Shown: positions 10,447-20,072 of the stretch, in pieces
How positions within the stretch are numbered: position 1 is the first letter of the stretch
Layout of the letters: every line of letters begins with the position of its first letter
Source of the DNA: an uncultured virus (IMG/VR IMGVR_UViG_3300049734_000160)
Taxonomy: Duplodnaviria > Heunggongvirae > Uroviricota > Caudoviricetes
Virus record (IMG/VR): IMGVR_UViG_3300049734_000160
Length of the DNA stretch: 64,000 nucleotides
Reading direction: 5' to 3' (one strand)
Position numbers and translations under genes: made by a program
The notes under the pieces: generated by a model
What the model was told of the DNA's origin: nothing
What the model saw: the letters and a program-made list of their open reading frames with translations, nothing else
The model's database searches: none

Positions 10447-11214
10447 ATGCCATACGCTGATGTAGACAGGGTTGAGAATCACATTACGGACATTCTCAAT
10501 GCGGTGGCGGCCTGGGGCGGTGTCATTGCCAGTAAGCGCCGCTCGCATGAGGCTGTTACGCAAGCCCGGATCGAGTCGGGCATGGAAGTTCTGCGCGCCA
10601 TCGCCAGCAACCCGCGCAACAGTTATCACGGTGGTCTCGCTGTCCTGGTTTCCGTCGCGCACAACCAGAAGCTGCCCGCCTATGACGGTGAGCCCGGCAT
10701 TCCACTAATTCAAACCTTCGAAGATTACCCCGTGGTCCCATTGGGCGGCCCGGCTCCAGCAGTGACCTACGCGGGACCAGAAATCGCCGGTGTTCCGGCC
10801 GACCCGGACGAGATTGACATTTACCGGTGGCCGGGCGCGCAAAATATATATTCAGGCGGTTGGAGCGACGACCCGATACCGCACGACAAGGGGGACCTAC
10901 AACTAATGCCCTCGGAGGTCGCCGGCTTCTATGCGATCGTAAATGGCTATTTCAAGTTCACCGGCGCCTCCGCCAAGATTCCCTTAATCAACCTCACCTG
11001 GACCATGGCCGACCAGCAGGTCCCGGAGGTCTACGAACCCACGCTGGTAAAACTCTCGATTCCCAAGCTGGTGAAGGAAGGCGACAACCTGGCCGCCTAT
11101 GCAAACGCTTACGCGCAGGCCGGCTTAATCGACCTGCAGGAGATCCGCGCTGGCGCTGAGACCGTACCACCGGTGCCTAACGTCACGTTGGCGCAGAAAG
11201 CGGGGATTACCTAA
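10447..11214 (+). CDS. tail ring/adaptor-like protein 2 (paralog of the next gene)
   Basis: shares GEPGIPLI, PADPDEID, F.FTG.SA..PLI and QVP..Y.P.L motifs with 11214..11912. Confidence 0.6.
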   Translation: MPYADVDRVENHITDILNAVAAWGGVIASKRRSHEAVTQARIESGMEVLRAIASNPRNSYHGGLAVLVSVAHNQKLPAYDGEPGIPLIQTFEDYPVVPLGGPAPAVTYAGPEIAGVPADPDEIDIYRWPGAQNIYSGGWSDDPIPHDKGDLQLMPSEVAGFYAIVNGYFKFTGASAKIPLINLTWTMADQQVPEVYEPTLVKLSIPKLVKEGDNLAAYANAYAQAGLIDLQEIRAGAETVPPVPNVTLAQKAGIT

Positions 11215-11912
11215 TGCCGCCAACCCGCAAAGAGCAGATCCGCCGCGTGGTCTACATGATTCTCGGCCGGCCCAGTCAACAGCGGCTGCATTACCGGGAC
11301 GTTGACACGCTCGTCATTCAAGCGGCCAAGCAGGTCTTACGCACGATCGTCAGCAACCCGAACCATCCGTACCTCTCGTCGCTGATGCAACTGGTAACGA
11401 TCGGCGATGGCGAATTCCTGCCGAAGCATGAAGGCGAACCGGGCATACCGCTGATCGTTCCGTTTCCCGGAGCCGAGCCGCGCGCGGGCATTCCGGCAGA
11501 CCCCGACGAAATTGATTCCTACAAAAACGATCTGACCAGTGGTCCCGGCTACAAAGCGATCTATTCCGGTGCCGTTGATCAACGGCCCGTTGCCTGTAAC
11601 GAAGCCACGGCCAAGGGGCGCGTCTCTCCGACCGCCTGCCGCTACTCAATTAAAGACGGGCTCTTTCGTTTCACCGGCGACTCGGCGCAAGTGCCGCTGA
11701 TCATTTTCGACACGGCCGCGGATCCAACAACGCAAGTGCCCACCGAATACGATCCGGCGCTGCTGCGACTGGCGATTAGCTGGATGGGCCAACCGTGGGA
11801 CAAGTTCTATCCGATCTGCGTGCGCTTCGCGCAAGAGTCGCGCGAGGACCTGCGCATGATTGCCGCCGGCAGTCGGAAAGTAAACCCGATCGAGATCGAA
11901 GCCGCCGCGTGA
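11214..11912 (+). CDS. tail ring/adaptor-like protein 3
   Basis: TAATG coupling; paralog of the previous gene, N-terminus resembles 9632..10393. Confidence 0.6.
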   Translation: MPPTRKEQIRRVVYMILGRPSQQRLHYRDVDTLVIQAAKQVLRTIVSNPNHPYLSSLMQLVTIGDGEFLPKHEGEPGIPLIVPFPGAEPRAGIPADPDEIDSYKNDLTSGPGYKAIYSGAVDQRPVACNEATAKGRVSPTACRYSIKDGLFRFTGDSAQVPLIIFDTAADPTTQVPTEYDPALLRLAISWMGQPWDKFYPICVRFAQESREDLRMIAAGSRKVNPIEIEAAA

Positions 11913-11918
11913 TGAACT

Positions 11919-12422
11919 ATGGTTACCAACTTTCGCGACCTTATCGACACGCCCGAGCGTCACGCGCAGGCGCAGGCCTGGCAGAAACACCTGCGCGAGC
12001 GTCTTGGCCCCGCCGTAATTAAACGTCCCGCTCAACTGCACTACATCTACGGAGTCCATCGCGAAAAGATGGTGTTGGACCAGCTTGCCCTGTTGCGCGA
12101 TTCCGCGGACACGGATGAGCGGGTCATTCACCTGCGCAATCAATGGGGCGAAGCCCTGGCGCTGCAGGGCCGTTTCCATGAAGCGGCAGAGGTTACGACC
12201 AGCATCCTGCACCGGCGCGAGTACCTGGCGAAAGGGGAGGCCATCGCCGCGCTCGGATCCGATTGCGAATGCCCGGTAGAAAAAGTGGTGCCATCGCCCA
12301 CGGACGCGAAGGGCGCGCGGCAGTCGAATCGCGTGCTGGTGGAGAGCATCTTTGACGGCGAGAAATTTATCGCGCTGTCCTTGTGTCTGAACTGCGGCGG
12401 CTTGAGGGCGAAGCAGGAATGA
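11919..12422 (+). CDS. hypothetical protein with TPR-like helix pair and CxC/CxxC motifs
   Basis: 167-aa ORF, overlaps the next start (ATGA). Confidence 0.55.
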   Translation: MVTNFRDLIDTPERHAQAQAWQKHLRERLGPAVIKRPAQLHYIYGVHREKMVLDQLALLRDSADTDERVIHLRNQWGEALALQGRFHEAAEVTTSILHRREYLAKGEAIAALGSDCECPVEKVVPSPTDAKGARQSNRVLVESIFDGEKFIALSLCLNCGGLRAKQE

Positions 12423-14416
12423 AACAGTCGCTGGCTCGCTGGTTAATGAAGGAATACATATCGGCTGCCATTCGCGGCCTGGGTGGCGATTACATGGCGC
12501 CCGGTTCGGAAAACGCCATGGTCACCGGCGAGAACTTCATCCGTGCCTTCCGTGGAGTGGAGACGGAGGCCGGCAAGGTGGGCTCTCGTCTTTACTTCAA
12601 CACGGCCCAGGAGTACGCCGGGCTGGGCACCGCCACTAACAACGGCACCGGCTCCGTTTTCCTGGCGCGCGAACTACTCTCCTACATCGGCAACGGCGAA
12701 GTTGCTTTCAAAGGCGCATTGCTGCCGGGCATCGTCGCAAATGACATTCTCACCTTTATCAAACAGACCGGCGGCGATTTTATTCCTGGCCCAACCACGG
12801 GACCCTTTCAAGCCGGCCACGGCCAACCCTCAGCGCCGATCATTTACCCGAAGAGCAATCCGTCAGCCGGCCAGTCGCTGATGGACGGAACGGTAGCGGT
12901 GAAGATCTGGCGCGTTTCGGATATCACCGGACAAGTTTCGCTCGCGTCGCTTCCTTCGAACGTGTTGACGCTCACGGCGCAGAGCGTGATCGTGCAATTC
13001 CCGTTGGCGGATTTCAACGGGCAGACGCACTGGGGCATCGGCGTACCGAAGATCGGCTTTGATATCTATGGTGTGTTTTACGAACTGCCGATCAACCTGC
13101 AGGGCGAAGTCGCCGAAAGCGTGCTCGCCTATCAGCGCACCGTCACCGGCGCCTCGATTGCCGACACTACTAACATCGTCGACGTCACCGACCCCGACAC
13201 AGTTGATCAATTTACCAGCGCCGATATCGGGCGGCAGATTTCCTTCGGGGCGTTTACCAGTTGGATTACGGCTATCAACTCGCCCACGCAGGCGGTCGTG
13301 AGCGGTACGAATACTTCCGGCTCGGCCATTAGTGGTACGGCGACGGTGGTCCATGCCGTTGAAGGCATCACCCGAGCGATTGAGATAAGTTGGACCAACG
13401 GCGCGTTAATTCAGCAAGCGCTAGTTCCGGAGCGAGCTTTCCCGCCATCGCCGGGCCAGTTCGCCGGCGCGGCTAATGATGTCTGGTGGGTCGACTCCGA
13501 CGGCATCATCTACGTCGGCGAGCCCGGCCAGGTAGGATCGTTCCCTCCGTCGAACGCGATTTTTGCTAACGAGCGCGCCGTTGCCTATCTGCCGGGCGGC
13601 GATGGCCTCACCTTCCGTTTTGGTAAGCATTCAATGGGCGTCATGTCCTACGTGGGCGGCTCACCCGCACTCGAGTATCAGGAGATCTGGCGTGACCTGG
13701 GCATCAGCTATCCGCAGAACGCCGCGCGCGGCTACGGTGGGCGCTTGCTCTTGTGGCTGGGGCGACCCGCGGTGGTCCAGGGCTCACTGGAGCCCGACTA
13801 TAACTATGCCAACAAGGTGGTTGAGTTTGCCGATTGGGACGCGCAGCAAAGTGAAGCGACGCCGATCTGCATCGGTTACGACGGTCGTGGCGAGTACGAG
13901 GTCTGGTGTCTCAAGAAAAAGGTCATGTCCCTGTTCGTGCCGAAGCACGCCTGGTGTGCACCGATTGACCTCACGGACAAAGTGTCCGGTGACATCGTCG
14001 CGGTCACGACCTATCGCAAGCAACTCTATCTGACGACCAGCAACGGCGCCGCGCTGACGCGCTACAAGTTTGATGCCGGCACCGGCAGCGTAATGAAGGT
14101 GCAGACGTCGGACCAGACGCCGAACGGTTACGGCGCCACCATCACCGAACTATTGACACAAGGGCGCGTCGACAACCTGACGAACAAGATCAAGATTGAG
14201 ATCGTCTCGAACTACGACGACGCTAACCCGATTCTTTTGTATGAATGCTTGCCGCCACGCCTCGGGCCGCAGGTGTTCATCCCCGTCGAAGAGCCGAACA
14301 TCATTGATTCACGCGAGCATAGCTTGCGCTTAACGCTCACGAGCGCGGGCGGTGACGCCGGCTGGGATTATGCGGAGACCAAAGGCGAGACCAACGAAGT
14401 AAGGATACCGGCGTGA
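12419..14416 (+). CDS. tail nozzle / DNA-stabilisation (P22 gp10 / T7 gp12-like) protein
   Basis: about 665 aa, beta-rich, follows the adaptor genes. Confidence 0.55.
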   Translation: MKQSLARWLMKEYISAAIRGLGGDYMAPGSENAMVTGENFIRAFRGVETEAGKVGSRLYFNTAQEYAGLGTATNNGTGSVFLARELLSYIGNGEVAFKGALLPGIVANDILTFIKQTGGDFIPGPTTGPFQAGHGQPSAPIIYPKSNPSAGQSLMDGTVAVKIWRVSDITGQVSLASLPSNVLTLTAQSVIVQFPLADFNGQTHWGIGVPKIGFDIYGVFYELPINLQGEVAESVLAYQRTVTGASIADTTNIVDVTDPDTVDQFTSADIGRQISFGAFTSWITAINSPTQAVVSGTNTSGSAISGTATVVHAVEGITRAIEISWTNGALIQQALVPERAFPPSPGQFAGAANDVWWVDSDGIIYVGEPGQVGSFPPSNAIFANERAVAYLPGGDGLTFRFGKHSMGVMSYVGGSPALEYQEIWRDLGISYPQNAARGYGGRLLLWLGRPAVVQGSLEPDYNYANKVVEFADWDAQQSEATPICIGYDGRGEYEVWCLKKKVMSLFVPKHAWCAPIDLTDKVSGDIVAVTTYRKQLYLTTSNGAALTRYKFDAGTGSVMKVQTSDQTPNGYGATITELLTQGRVDNLTNKIKIEIVSNYDDANPILLYECLPPRLGPQVFIPVEEPNIIDSREHSLRLTLTSAGGDAGWDYAETKGETNEVRIPA

Positions 14417-14682
14417 GTGAGAAGAGCGAACTGATTCGCGAATTCCTGGAAACGCAGAACCCGGACGCGTTGTTCGTGGATGGCCACGAAGATGCGCTGG
14501 TCGGTATCGCTTATCGCTTTGGTCTCGAACCGCTGGCTTGCTACTCGATCGACAAGATTACCGAGAAGCTGCAGCAGGACGGCATGACCGAAGAAGAGGC
14601 GCAGGAATTCTTTGACTTCAACATCATTGGCGCCTGGGTAGGTGAGGGCACTCCTATTTTTGTCTGGCTGCCTGAAACGTAA
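14413..14682 (+). CDS. small acidic phage protein (DG.EDALVG...EEAQEFFDFNIIGAWVGEGTPIF family)
   Basis: 89-aa ORF overlapping the upstream stop; motif recalled from widespread phage hypotheticals. Confidence 0.7.
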   Translation: MSEKSELIREFLETQNPDALFVDGHEDALVGIAYRFGLEPLACYSIDKITEKLQQDGMTEEEAQEFFDFNIIGAWVGEGTPIFVWLPET

Positions 14683-16431
14683 ATGGTATTCAACCTCAAC
14701 GAGCGCGATGCGGAACTTGAGGGCTACGTCAAGCGTGGCGAGCTTGACGCCATGCGTGAGCAGATAATCTCTGAATTGCAGACCGGCCGCATCGTGGTGC
14801 CGCAGGCCCCGCTCGGACAACTCGTGTTTGCCGGCGGCACGAACCATTGCCCTAACAGCGATCTGTCCTATTCACTTATGGCCGCGACTGTTCCCGGAAC
14901 TTTGCCAGGAACGGCAGGCGATACGAATTTCGAAGCCTACCGTTTCTACCGGCAAGTGCAAGGAGCTTCCGTCGTAGTCGCGGCCGCCAACGCTTTGAAG
15001 TCCTCGGGCCATTCTCTCTTTGCTGCGAACGAAGGCGCGACGCCCGACATCCCGCGCTGGGATCGCGTTAGTGGCTGGATCGAAATCGGCGCCGCCGGCG
15101 CGACGCAGTACGACATAGCGGTGCAACTGCTGACGAAGATTGTTGGACCAGGGCAGCGCTGGTATGTGCGCTTTAAGCTGTCGGCACTGACGGCGGATCT
15201 TGTGCCAGGGAATGTTCAGGTGTACGCAGGCCTCTGGCATAAAACCGCTTCAAGTGAAGGGTGGGTGGGTGGCACAGCTTTTAATATCTCGCACCAGATT
15301 ATCGGTCTGCCTGGCACGCAGACGATTGAGTATCGCGTACTCGCCAAAACCGATTCAGGTCTGTCGATGCTGAGCAGCGTATTGACCATCACGAACGCGC
15401 CGAACACGCTATCGACAACGAACTACATCAAACTCTTCTACGGTGCCGGGCCGGGCTTCATCGAATTTCAGATCTTCAAAAAGGTCGGCACCGCTTACAG
15501 CCAGGTAGCGGTAATTCGCAACTCCACCGATCTGCAATACAACGACGTCGGGCGCCCGGGCACACCGCAAACGGGCTGGCCCTCGGCCAGCTACGCCGCA
15601 CCGCTGGCCTACGCGCAGAGCCGGAATGTTTTGATTGCGCCTCTGGGGCAGACCTGGAGCGGTAACGATCTGACGATTGACATACCGTCTACTTATGACT
15701 ACTCGCAGACTCTGAACGAGCAACAATTCCTGCGCTTTGGTTTGACGGCGCCGACGGCCGTAGCGCGGCAGATTGGTATGGACCGCGTTTGGTTTTCGAT
15801 GAGCTTTAACACCTGGGCGCCCGATGCGCTCAAGCTCCCGGACGGCACTACGCCGGTACCATCGATCAGCCCGACATCCGGCAACCAGGGCGGCGGTGGT
15901 CCGGTGTACCTGCCACCTGACGGCGGCAGCGGTCGCCCTACTTGTATTCGCGCGAATCTGCCGGTGTTGCTCTGGCGACAAGACCGGCGTCGGCGTAACT
16001 TCATCCCGTTCAACGAGACCGAAGTGGGCCAACGAGTCGTAGGCGATCGCAAAGACCCGTATGAGATCCTGCGCAAGCGCTTTGGTACCGCGTCGGAATA
16101 CCTGATGTTCCGCACGAAGAACGGCATCGTTTACGAATGCACCGCGGATCATCGCATTTGCGTCAACGTGGAAGAGCGACTATTTCGCCGGGCTGACAGT
16201 CTGGCGGTCGGCGATCGCGTGGCTACTTGGGTGCGTGGCCGCATCCGCATGACCGAGGTTACCAGCAGGGCGCTGGTACCCGAGGCCTGCGAGGTCGGTA
16301 CTTACGTGCTGCGGCACCCAGGCGGGGAAGTCGACGACGGTCACGGGCTCTACGTCGCGGGTCGCTCCTACAGTGAGGATCGAGGCGTCATTTCCAGCAA
16401 TATCAAGATGGAGTTCGGCGAGGCTTACTAA
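14683..16431 (+). CDS. tail protein with C-terminal Hint (intein-like) domain
   Basis: Gly/Pro linker then C421-IRANLPV, TADH block B, RADSLAVGDRV, terminal VISSN573. Confidence 0.75.
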   Translation: MVFNLNERDAELEGYVKRGELDAMREQIISELQTGRIVVPQAPLGQLVFAGGTNHCPNSDLSYSLMAATVPGTLPGTAGDTNFEAYRFYRQVQGASVVVAAANALKSSGHSLFAANEGATPDIPRWDRVSGWIEIGAAGATQYDIAVQLLTKIVGPGQRWYVRFKLSALTADLVPGNVQVYAGLWHKTASSEGWVGGTAFNISHQIIGLPGTQTIEYRVLAKTDSGLSMLSSVLTITNAPNTLSTTNYIKLFYGAGPGFIEFQIFKKVGTAYSQVAVIRNSTDLQYNDVGRPGTPQTGWPSASYAAPLAYAQSRNVLIAPLGQTWSGNDLTIDIPSTYDYSQTLNEQQFLRFGLTAPTAVARQIGMDRVWFSMSFNTWAPDALKLPDGTTPVPSISPTSGNQGGGGPVYLPPDGGSGRPTCIRANLPVLLWRQDRRRRNFIPFNETEVGQRVVGDRKDPYEILRKRFGTASEYLMFRTKNGIVYECTADHRICVNVEERLFRRADSLAVGDRVATWVRGRIRMTEVTSRALVPEACEVGTYVLRHPGGEVDDGHGLYVAGRSYSEDRGVISSNIKMEFGEAY

Positions 16432-16432
16432 C

Positions 16433-16801
16433 GTGATTGAAGCTGAAATTTTACCAGTGGACCAGTGGCACCTGGTAGCGCCGATCGTGACCGGCGAGTT
16501 TAACAACGCGATGCCCGACACTCCGCGGCAGGCCATCTTCCTGGCGCTGCGGGAGGGAGATCGTTTGCTGGGCTTTACACAAATGGAAGTTTTACTCAAC
16601 GTCAATTCAATGTGGGTTACTCCCGAGCTACGTCACGGTCGCACCGTCTGGCAACTGATGCGCGCGAGCGATGATCTGCTACGGAGCATGCCAGGCTTTT
16701 CGGCGGTGGTGTTTAGTCACGGTGACCGTCAAGGCAATCTGCTCAGCCGTCTCGGTGGTCGACACCTGGGCGTCGCGGAGATTTGGAGAAAGGATTACTA
16801 A
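16433..16801 (+). CDS. GNAT-fold protein (T7 gp13-like position)
   Basis: MWVTPELRHGR motif-A-like segment and LLSRLGG; lies between tail and pilot genes. Confidence 0.55.
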   Translation: MIEAEILPVDQWHLVAPIVTGEFNNAMPDTPRQAIFLALREGDRLLGFTQMEVLLNVNSMWVTPELRHGRTVWQLMRASDDLLRSMPGFSAVVFSHGDRQGNLLSRLGGRHLGVAEIWRKDY

Positions 16802-16802
16802 C

Positions 16803-17498
16803 ATGAGCGGCGGCGGACGAGAAAAAGAAGAGAAGAAACGCGAAGATGAGTACCGGCGCCAGGCGCTCGCCCTGCAAGAGCGGACCACGGCGGCGATCGA
16901 GCAGGCAAGTAAACCCACGTCGTTCGAGACGACCCGCAGCGAATACGCCGGCAAGCTGGGAGACTGGCTCAGCGGCAAGGCTGGTCCTATTGATGTGCGC
17001 AAGATGCCGGGCGGGATGGTCGATCTTGATCTCTACGAGCAGGCGAAGCTGGCCCAGGACGCCGGTCGCATCGGTCGCGGTTACGGCACCATGGGCGAAG
17101 GCGCGAACGCGAACTACGTCGCCAAGCTGGGCCAGGAGGCGCAACTGCAGCGAGACCTCGCCGCCGCCGGCGCGCTCGAGGGGAATGTCAATCGTCGCAT
17201 TGCCGAAGGCCTTGGCGAAGGCTACAACCTCGCCAACATGATCGGGTCGCGCACCATGGGGCTCGCCGGTCTGGAAAGCGGCCGTGAAGAGAATGCGCAG
17301 TCGCGTTACCTGTCCTATTTAATGAGACCGAAGCAACCGAGCTTCTTGAAGCAATTGGCGATGAGTGCAGTGTCTGGCGCGGCGGGCATGGGCGCGAATA
17401 TGTTGACGGGCGGTATGAGCAGCATCTTTGGTGGCGCAGCGAGGGCCGGGGTTGGCGCCGGTGGCGGCGGGCTCGCAAGGATAGCGGCGGGCTGGTAG
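16803..17498 (+). CDS. DNA pilot / ejection-like internal virion protein
   Basis: Ala/Gly/Gln-rich helical protein with Gly-rich hydrophobic C-terminus. Confidence 0.55.
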   Translation: MSGGGREKEEKKREDEYRRQALALQERTTAAIEQASKPTSFETTRSEYAGKLGDWLSGKAGPIDVRKMPGGMVDLDLYEQAKLAQDAGRIGRGYGTMGEGANANYVAKLGQEAQLQRDLAAAGALEGNVNRRIAEGLGEGYNLANMIGSRTMGLAGLESGREENAQSRYLSYLMRPKQPSFLKQLAMSAVSGAAGMGANMLTGGMSSIFGGAARAGVGAGGGGLARIAAGW

Positions 17499-17500
17499 CT

Positions 17501-17722
17501 ATGGCACGTAAGCGCGCAACAAAATTTCTCGCCAGCTATTATCACGATGGCTCGTGGTGGACCCTGGAATTCTTCGCCGCCGATATGGCGGACGCGGAAG
17601 TAATCTGCAAGGCGCACAGCCTGCAACTGGACGGGGAATTCATTGCTGCGATTCCGGCCGTGAGTGGGGCCTGGTTTCCGAACTTTATTATTTGGCTGAG
17701 GAATTGGATTGCGAATCATTAG
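17501..17722 (+). CDS. hypothetical protein
   Basis: 73-aa ORF 2 nt after the previous stop. Confidence 0.55.
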   Translation: MARKRATKFLASYYHDGSWWTLEFFAADMADAEVICKAHSLQLDGEFIAAIPAVSGAWFPNFIIWLRNWIANH

Positions 17723-18044
17723 GTTTGGCCGCGCACTTTAAGCAGACCTTTTTTATGAACGCCGGCAAGTCGGGCCGGTGCTGAATGCCGCCGCCACACT
17801 CGGCGCAAACCGTGAAAACATTGTCCGCAAAAATATATTCTTGCGCGCTAATGCAGATGGCGATCGTTTCCTCATCGGGTCTCGGTTGCGGTATCTCATC
17901 CACGATCTCTACGCCCAGTTCGCGCAGCATCATTTCCGTGATTCCAATTTCTGATAGTTCTTTCATCTGAGCCCGCGCTATCCGAGTCGAGACGCCGCGC
18001 GCGCGCATATCGCTGACCATCTTTTTGAAATCTTCGAGGCTCAT
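17688..18044 (-). CDS. hypothetical protein with CxxC...CxxC zinc finger
   Basis: 118 aa; ATGA coupling with the upstream gene. Confidence 0.6.
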   Translation of the reverse strand: MSLEDFKKMVSDMRARGVSTRIARAQMKELSEIGITEMMLRELGVEIVDEIPQPRPDEETIAICISAQEYIFADNVFTVCAECGGGIQHRPDLPAFIKKVCLKCAAKPNDSQSNSSAK

Positions 18045-18388
18045 TGCTTCTTAAAAGGCTGCAGGCATAAACCGCAACGGCCGTTTGTCTCGCACGTTAA
18101 GCAGTAGAGGGCGCTGTCACTTTCGTGGGTATCGTCATGCGGTGGCGGGGCGTCGGCGCGCGGCAGGTGAAGATCAATAAAGTCAGTAAGCGCCCGTGAA
18201 CCGACGATGAGGGGGCAACGGTCGCCGTCAACCTCCACGCCCTGGGTTTCCATCATGCAGGGCGCATGCTTGTGAATGATCAGCGCGCATTGATTGCCGT
18301 GAGTGTCAATTAACGGCCCGCGCTCGACCTCAAACAGCGAGTCGGACAAGAGGGCAACTGCGCTTTTCCCATAAAACGGACAGGACAT
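18041..18388 (-). CDS. Cys-rich hypothetical protein (MSCPFYG...)
   Basis: ATG 18388 preceded by AAGGA SD. Confidence 0.6.
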   Translation of the reverse strand: MSCPFYGKSAVALLSDSLFEVERGPLIDTHGNQCALIIHKHAPCMMETQGVEVDGDRCPLIVGSRALTDFIDLHLPRADAPPPHDDTHESDSALYCLTCETNGRCGLCLQPFKKQ

Positions 18389-18390
18389 CT

Positions 18391-18720
18391 TTATTCCTTT
18401 GGATAGCGGTTCGCGCGGCCGGCGTTCATTGCCCTGGTCCAGCCGATGGGCTCGCCCGCGTTCGTGTCGCGATCCCACCCCGTTATATCCCATTCGAGAA
18501 ACTGGCGCACGGCCAGCGTGACATCCTCGTATCACCAGCCGTCGGTCCAGACGGATGCGGTAACCGAAGGGCTCACGATGAGCCGGGCGCGGCCAAAGGT
18601 CAGCGGCACCAGGTCGATAACCCGGCCATCCTCGACAAAGCGCGTGCGATAGCTGCCGCGCTCGTTGAGCAATCCCATGTTCTTTAAGCGTTCCATCCGT
18701 CGCTGTACCTCGTTCATCAT
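18391..18720 (-). CDS. candidate selenoprotein (109 aa) via read-through of in-frame UGA at 18532-18534
   Basis: frame continues ...WTDGW*YEDVTLAVRQFLEWDITGWDRDTNAGEPIGWTRAMNAGRANRYPKE to TAA 2 nt before the next ATG; SECIS-like hairpin follows the UGA. Confidence 0.65.
18495..18534 (-). promoter_or_regulatory. bacterial SECIS-like stem-loop
   Basis: UGA-UA-CGAGGA-UGUCAC-GCUGGC-CGUGC-GCCAGU-UUCUCG; apical loop 20 nt after UGA with GU at loop positions 2-3. Confidence 0.55.
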
Positions 18721-20072
18721 TTGACTAGCGTGAGCTTCTGTTTCCGCGCCGCGCGCAAGGCCTTCTTCTTCGCCGCCTGAACCTTCTCGGCATGAGCACG
18801 CTGTCGTTGCGCGTCGACTTCGTTATCCAGGCCTATATATTGTTTGGTCATTTCGATGCTCTTGTGACCGAGCAGCCGCGAAATATCCAATAACTCCACG
18901 CCAGCATCATAATAAAGCCTCGTGGCGCCTGTGCGTCGCAGGTCTTTCAGGGTGATCTTCTCTACGCCCGCGAGTCGTTTGGCGGTGCCCCAGGCCCGGC
19001 GCGGACTCTGCAGACGCTCATTGTCATAATATTTTGGTCCGCGCTCGCGGTTGTCCGCTATCCTGATCGCCTTCAAAGGGAACATAAAATCATCGTCCCT
19101 AAGATTGTGCCGCTTAATCCAGGCGTCGATCTCTTTTGCTAACTCATCTGTGACGCCTATCGACCGCTCCCGTCTCACCTTGCTGGTCATGCGCTCGACT
19201 CGGAGGACTCGCTGCTTCCAGGCGCGCACCTTGAGCTTGAACAGTTCGGTCGTGCGCATACAGGTCTCGAGCAGCCCGAGAATGATCAAACGCAGGTGTT
19301 CGCGTCGCGCGTCACCCTCGCATGCCTTTAGTAGCGCAACCTCTTCCTCATAGGACAGGATCTCATTGCGCGGCTCTTCGCCTTTGCGATCGACCAGACC
19401 CGACGCCGGGTTAGAACTCATCCATCCCATTTCTATTGCGGCGCTGAACATGCGACGCAAAGTTTTGAGGCGATGATTGACGTCACACAAACTGCGCTGC
19501 CGCTGATGCGCTGTGTCCCTGTAGGCAAAGTGGACCATGAACAGGTCACGGCGCAAAGTCTCAAGCCACTTCGTCGTGATCTGGTCCAGGTAGGTGTTCT
19601 CACCGATTAGCACGCGCCACGATGCGCTATCCGGCGGGTGTGCGTCTTTTGGGTTATCGAAAAACTTTCTCCCGATGAAACACTTCGGCGTGGTGACGTT
19701 CGCGTAGCCCTTCTGCACGACCACACCGTTCACAATGATTTCCTGGACGTAGACCTCGCGCTCACAGTAGTCAGCCAACTCACCGAAGGTGTGACGCCGC
19801 ACACCCGGCGCGAGCGCGTGATTCGGTGCGAGCTTGCCGCCGCTGCGCGCTTCGTCGATCAGGCGATCGATTTGGCGGGCGACATCCTTCGCGCTGGTGA
19901 CATTCTTTTCACACGAGCGGCTAAAGTTTTTCTTTACGCCGCCGACCACGGCAGTCTTACGCACGTACCAGTTGATAGTCGTGCTTCCGTCCGCGAGCTT
20001 GATCGGGCGTTCTATAACGTAAGGCGGGAGCTTCTGTTTTGAGTTGGACCGTGCTATTCTTTTTGTGGTCAT
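18717..20072 (-). CDS. int: tyrosine recombinase / phage integrase
   Basis: TCMRTTEL (R), TSK (K), KDLRR (HxxR variant), LLGH, TKQY; N-terminal arm-binding-like domain; adjacent attP. Confidence 0.93.
   Translation of the reverse strand: MTTKRIARSNSKQKLPPYVIERPIKLADGSTTINWYVRKTAVVGGVKKNFSRSCEKNVTSAKDVARQIDRLIDEARSGGKLAPNHALAPGVRRHTFGELADYCEREVYVQEIIVNGVVVQKGYANVTTPKCFIGRKFFDNPKDAHPPDSASWRVLIGENTYLDQITTKWLETLRRDLFMVHFAYRDTAHQRQRSLCDVNHRLKTLRRMFSAAIEMGWMSSNPASGLVDRKGEEPRNEILSYEEEVALLKACEGDARREHLRLIILGLLETCMRTTELFKLKVRAWKQRVLRVERMTSKVRRERSIGVTDELAKEIDAWIKRHNLRDDDFMFPLKAIRIADNRERGPKYYDNERLQSPRRAWGTAKRLAGVEKITLKDLRRTGATRLYYDAGVELLDISRLLGHKSIEMTKQYIGLDNEVDAQRQRAHAEKVQAAKKKALRAARKQKLTLVK

Noticed and set aside
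18389..18535. N-terminal extension of the 18041..18535 ORF as listed in the track
   Set aside because: Non-standard start; ATG 18388 has a good SD and the interval is better explained by the read-through frame.
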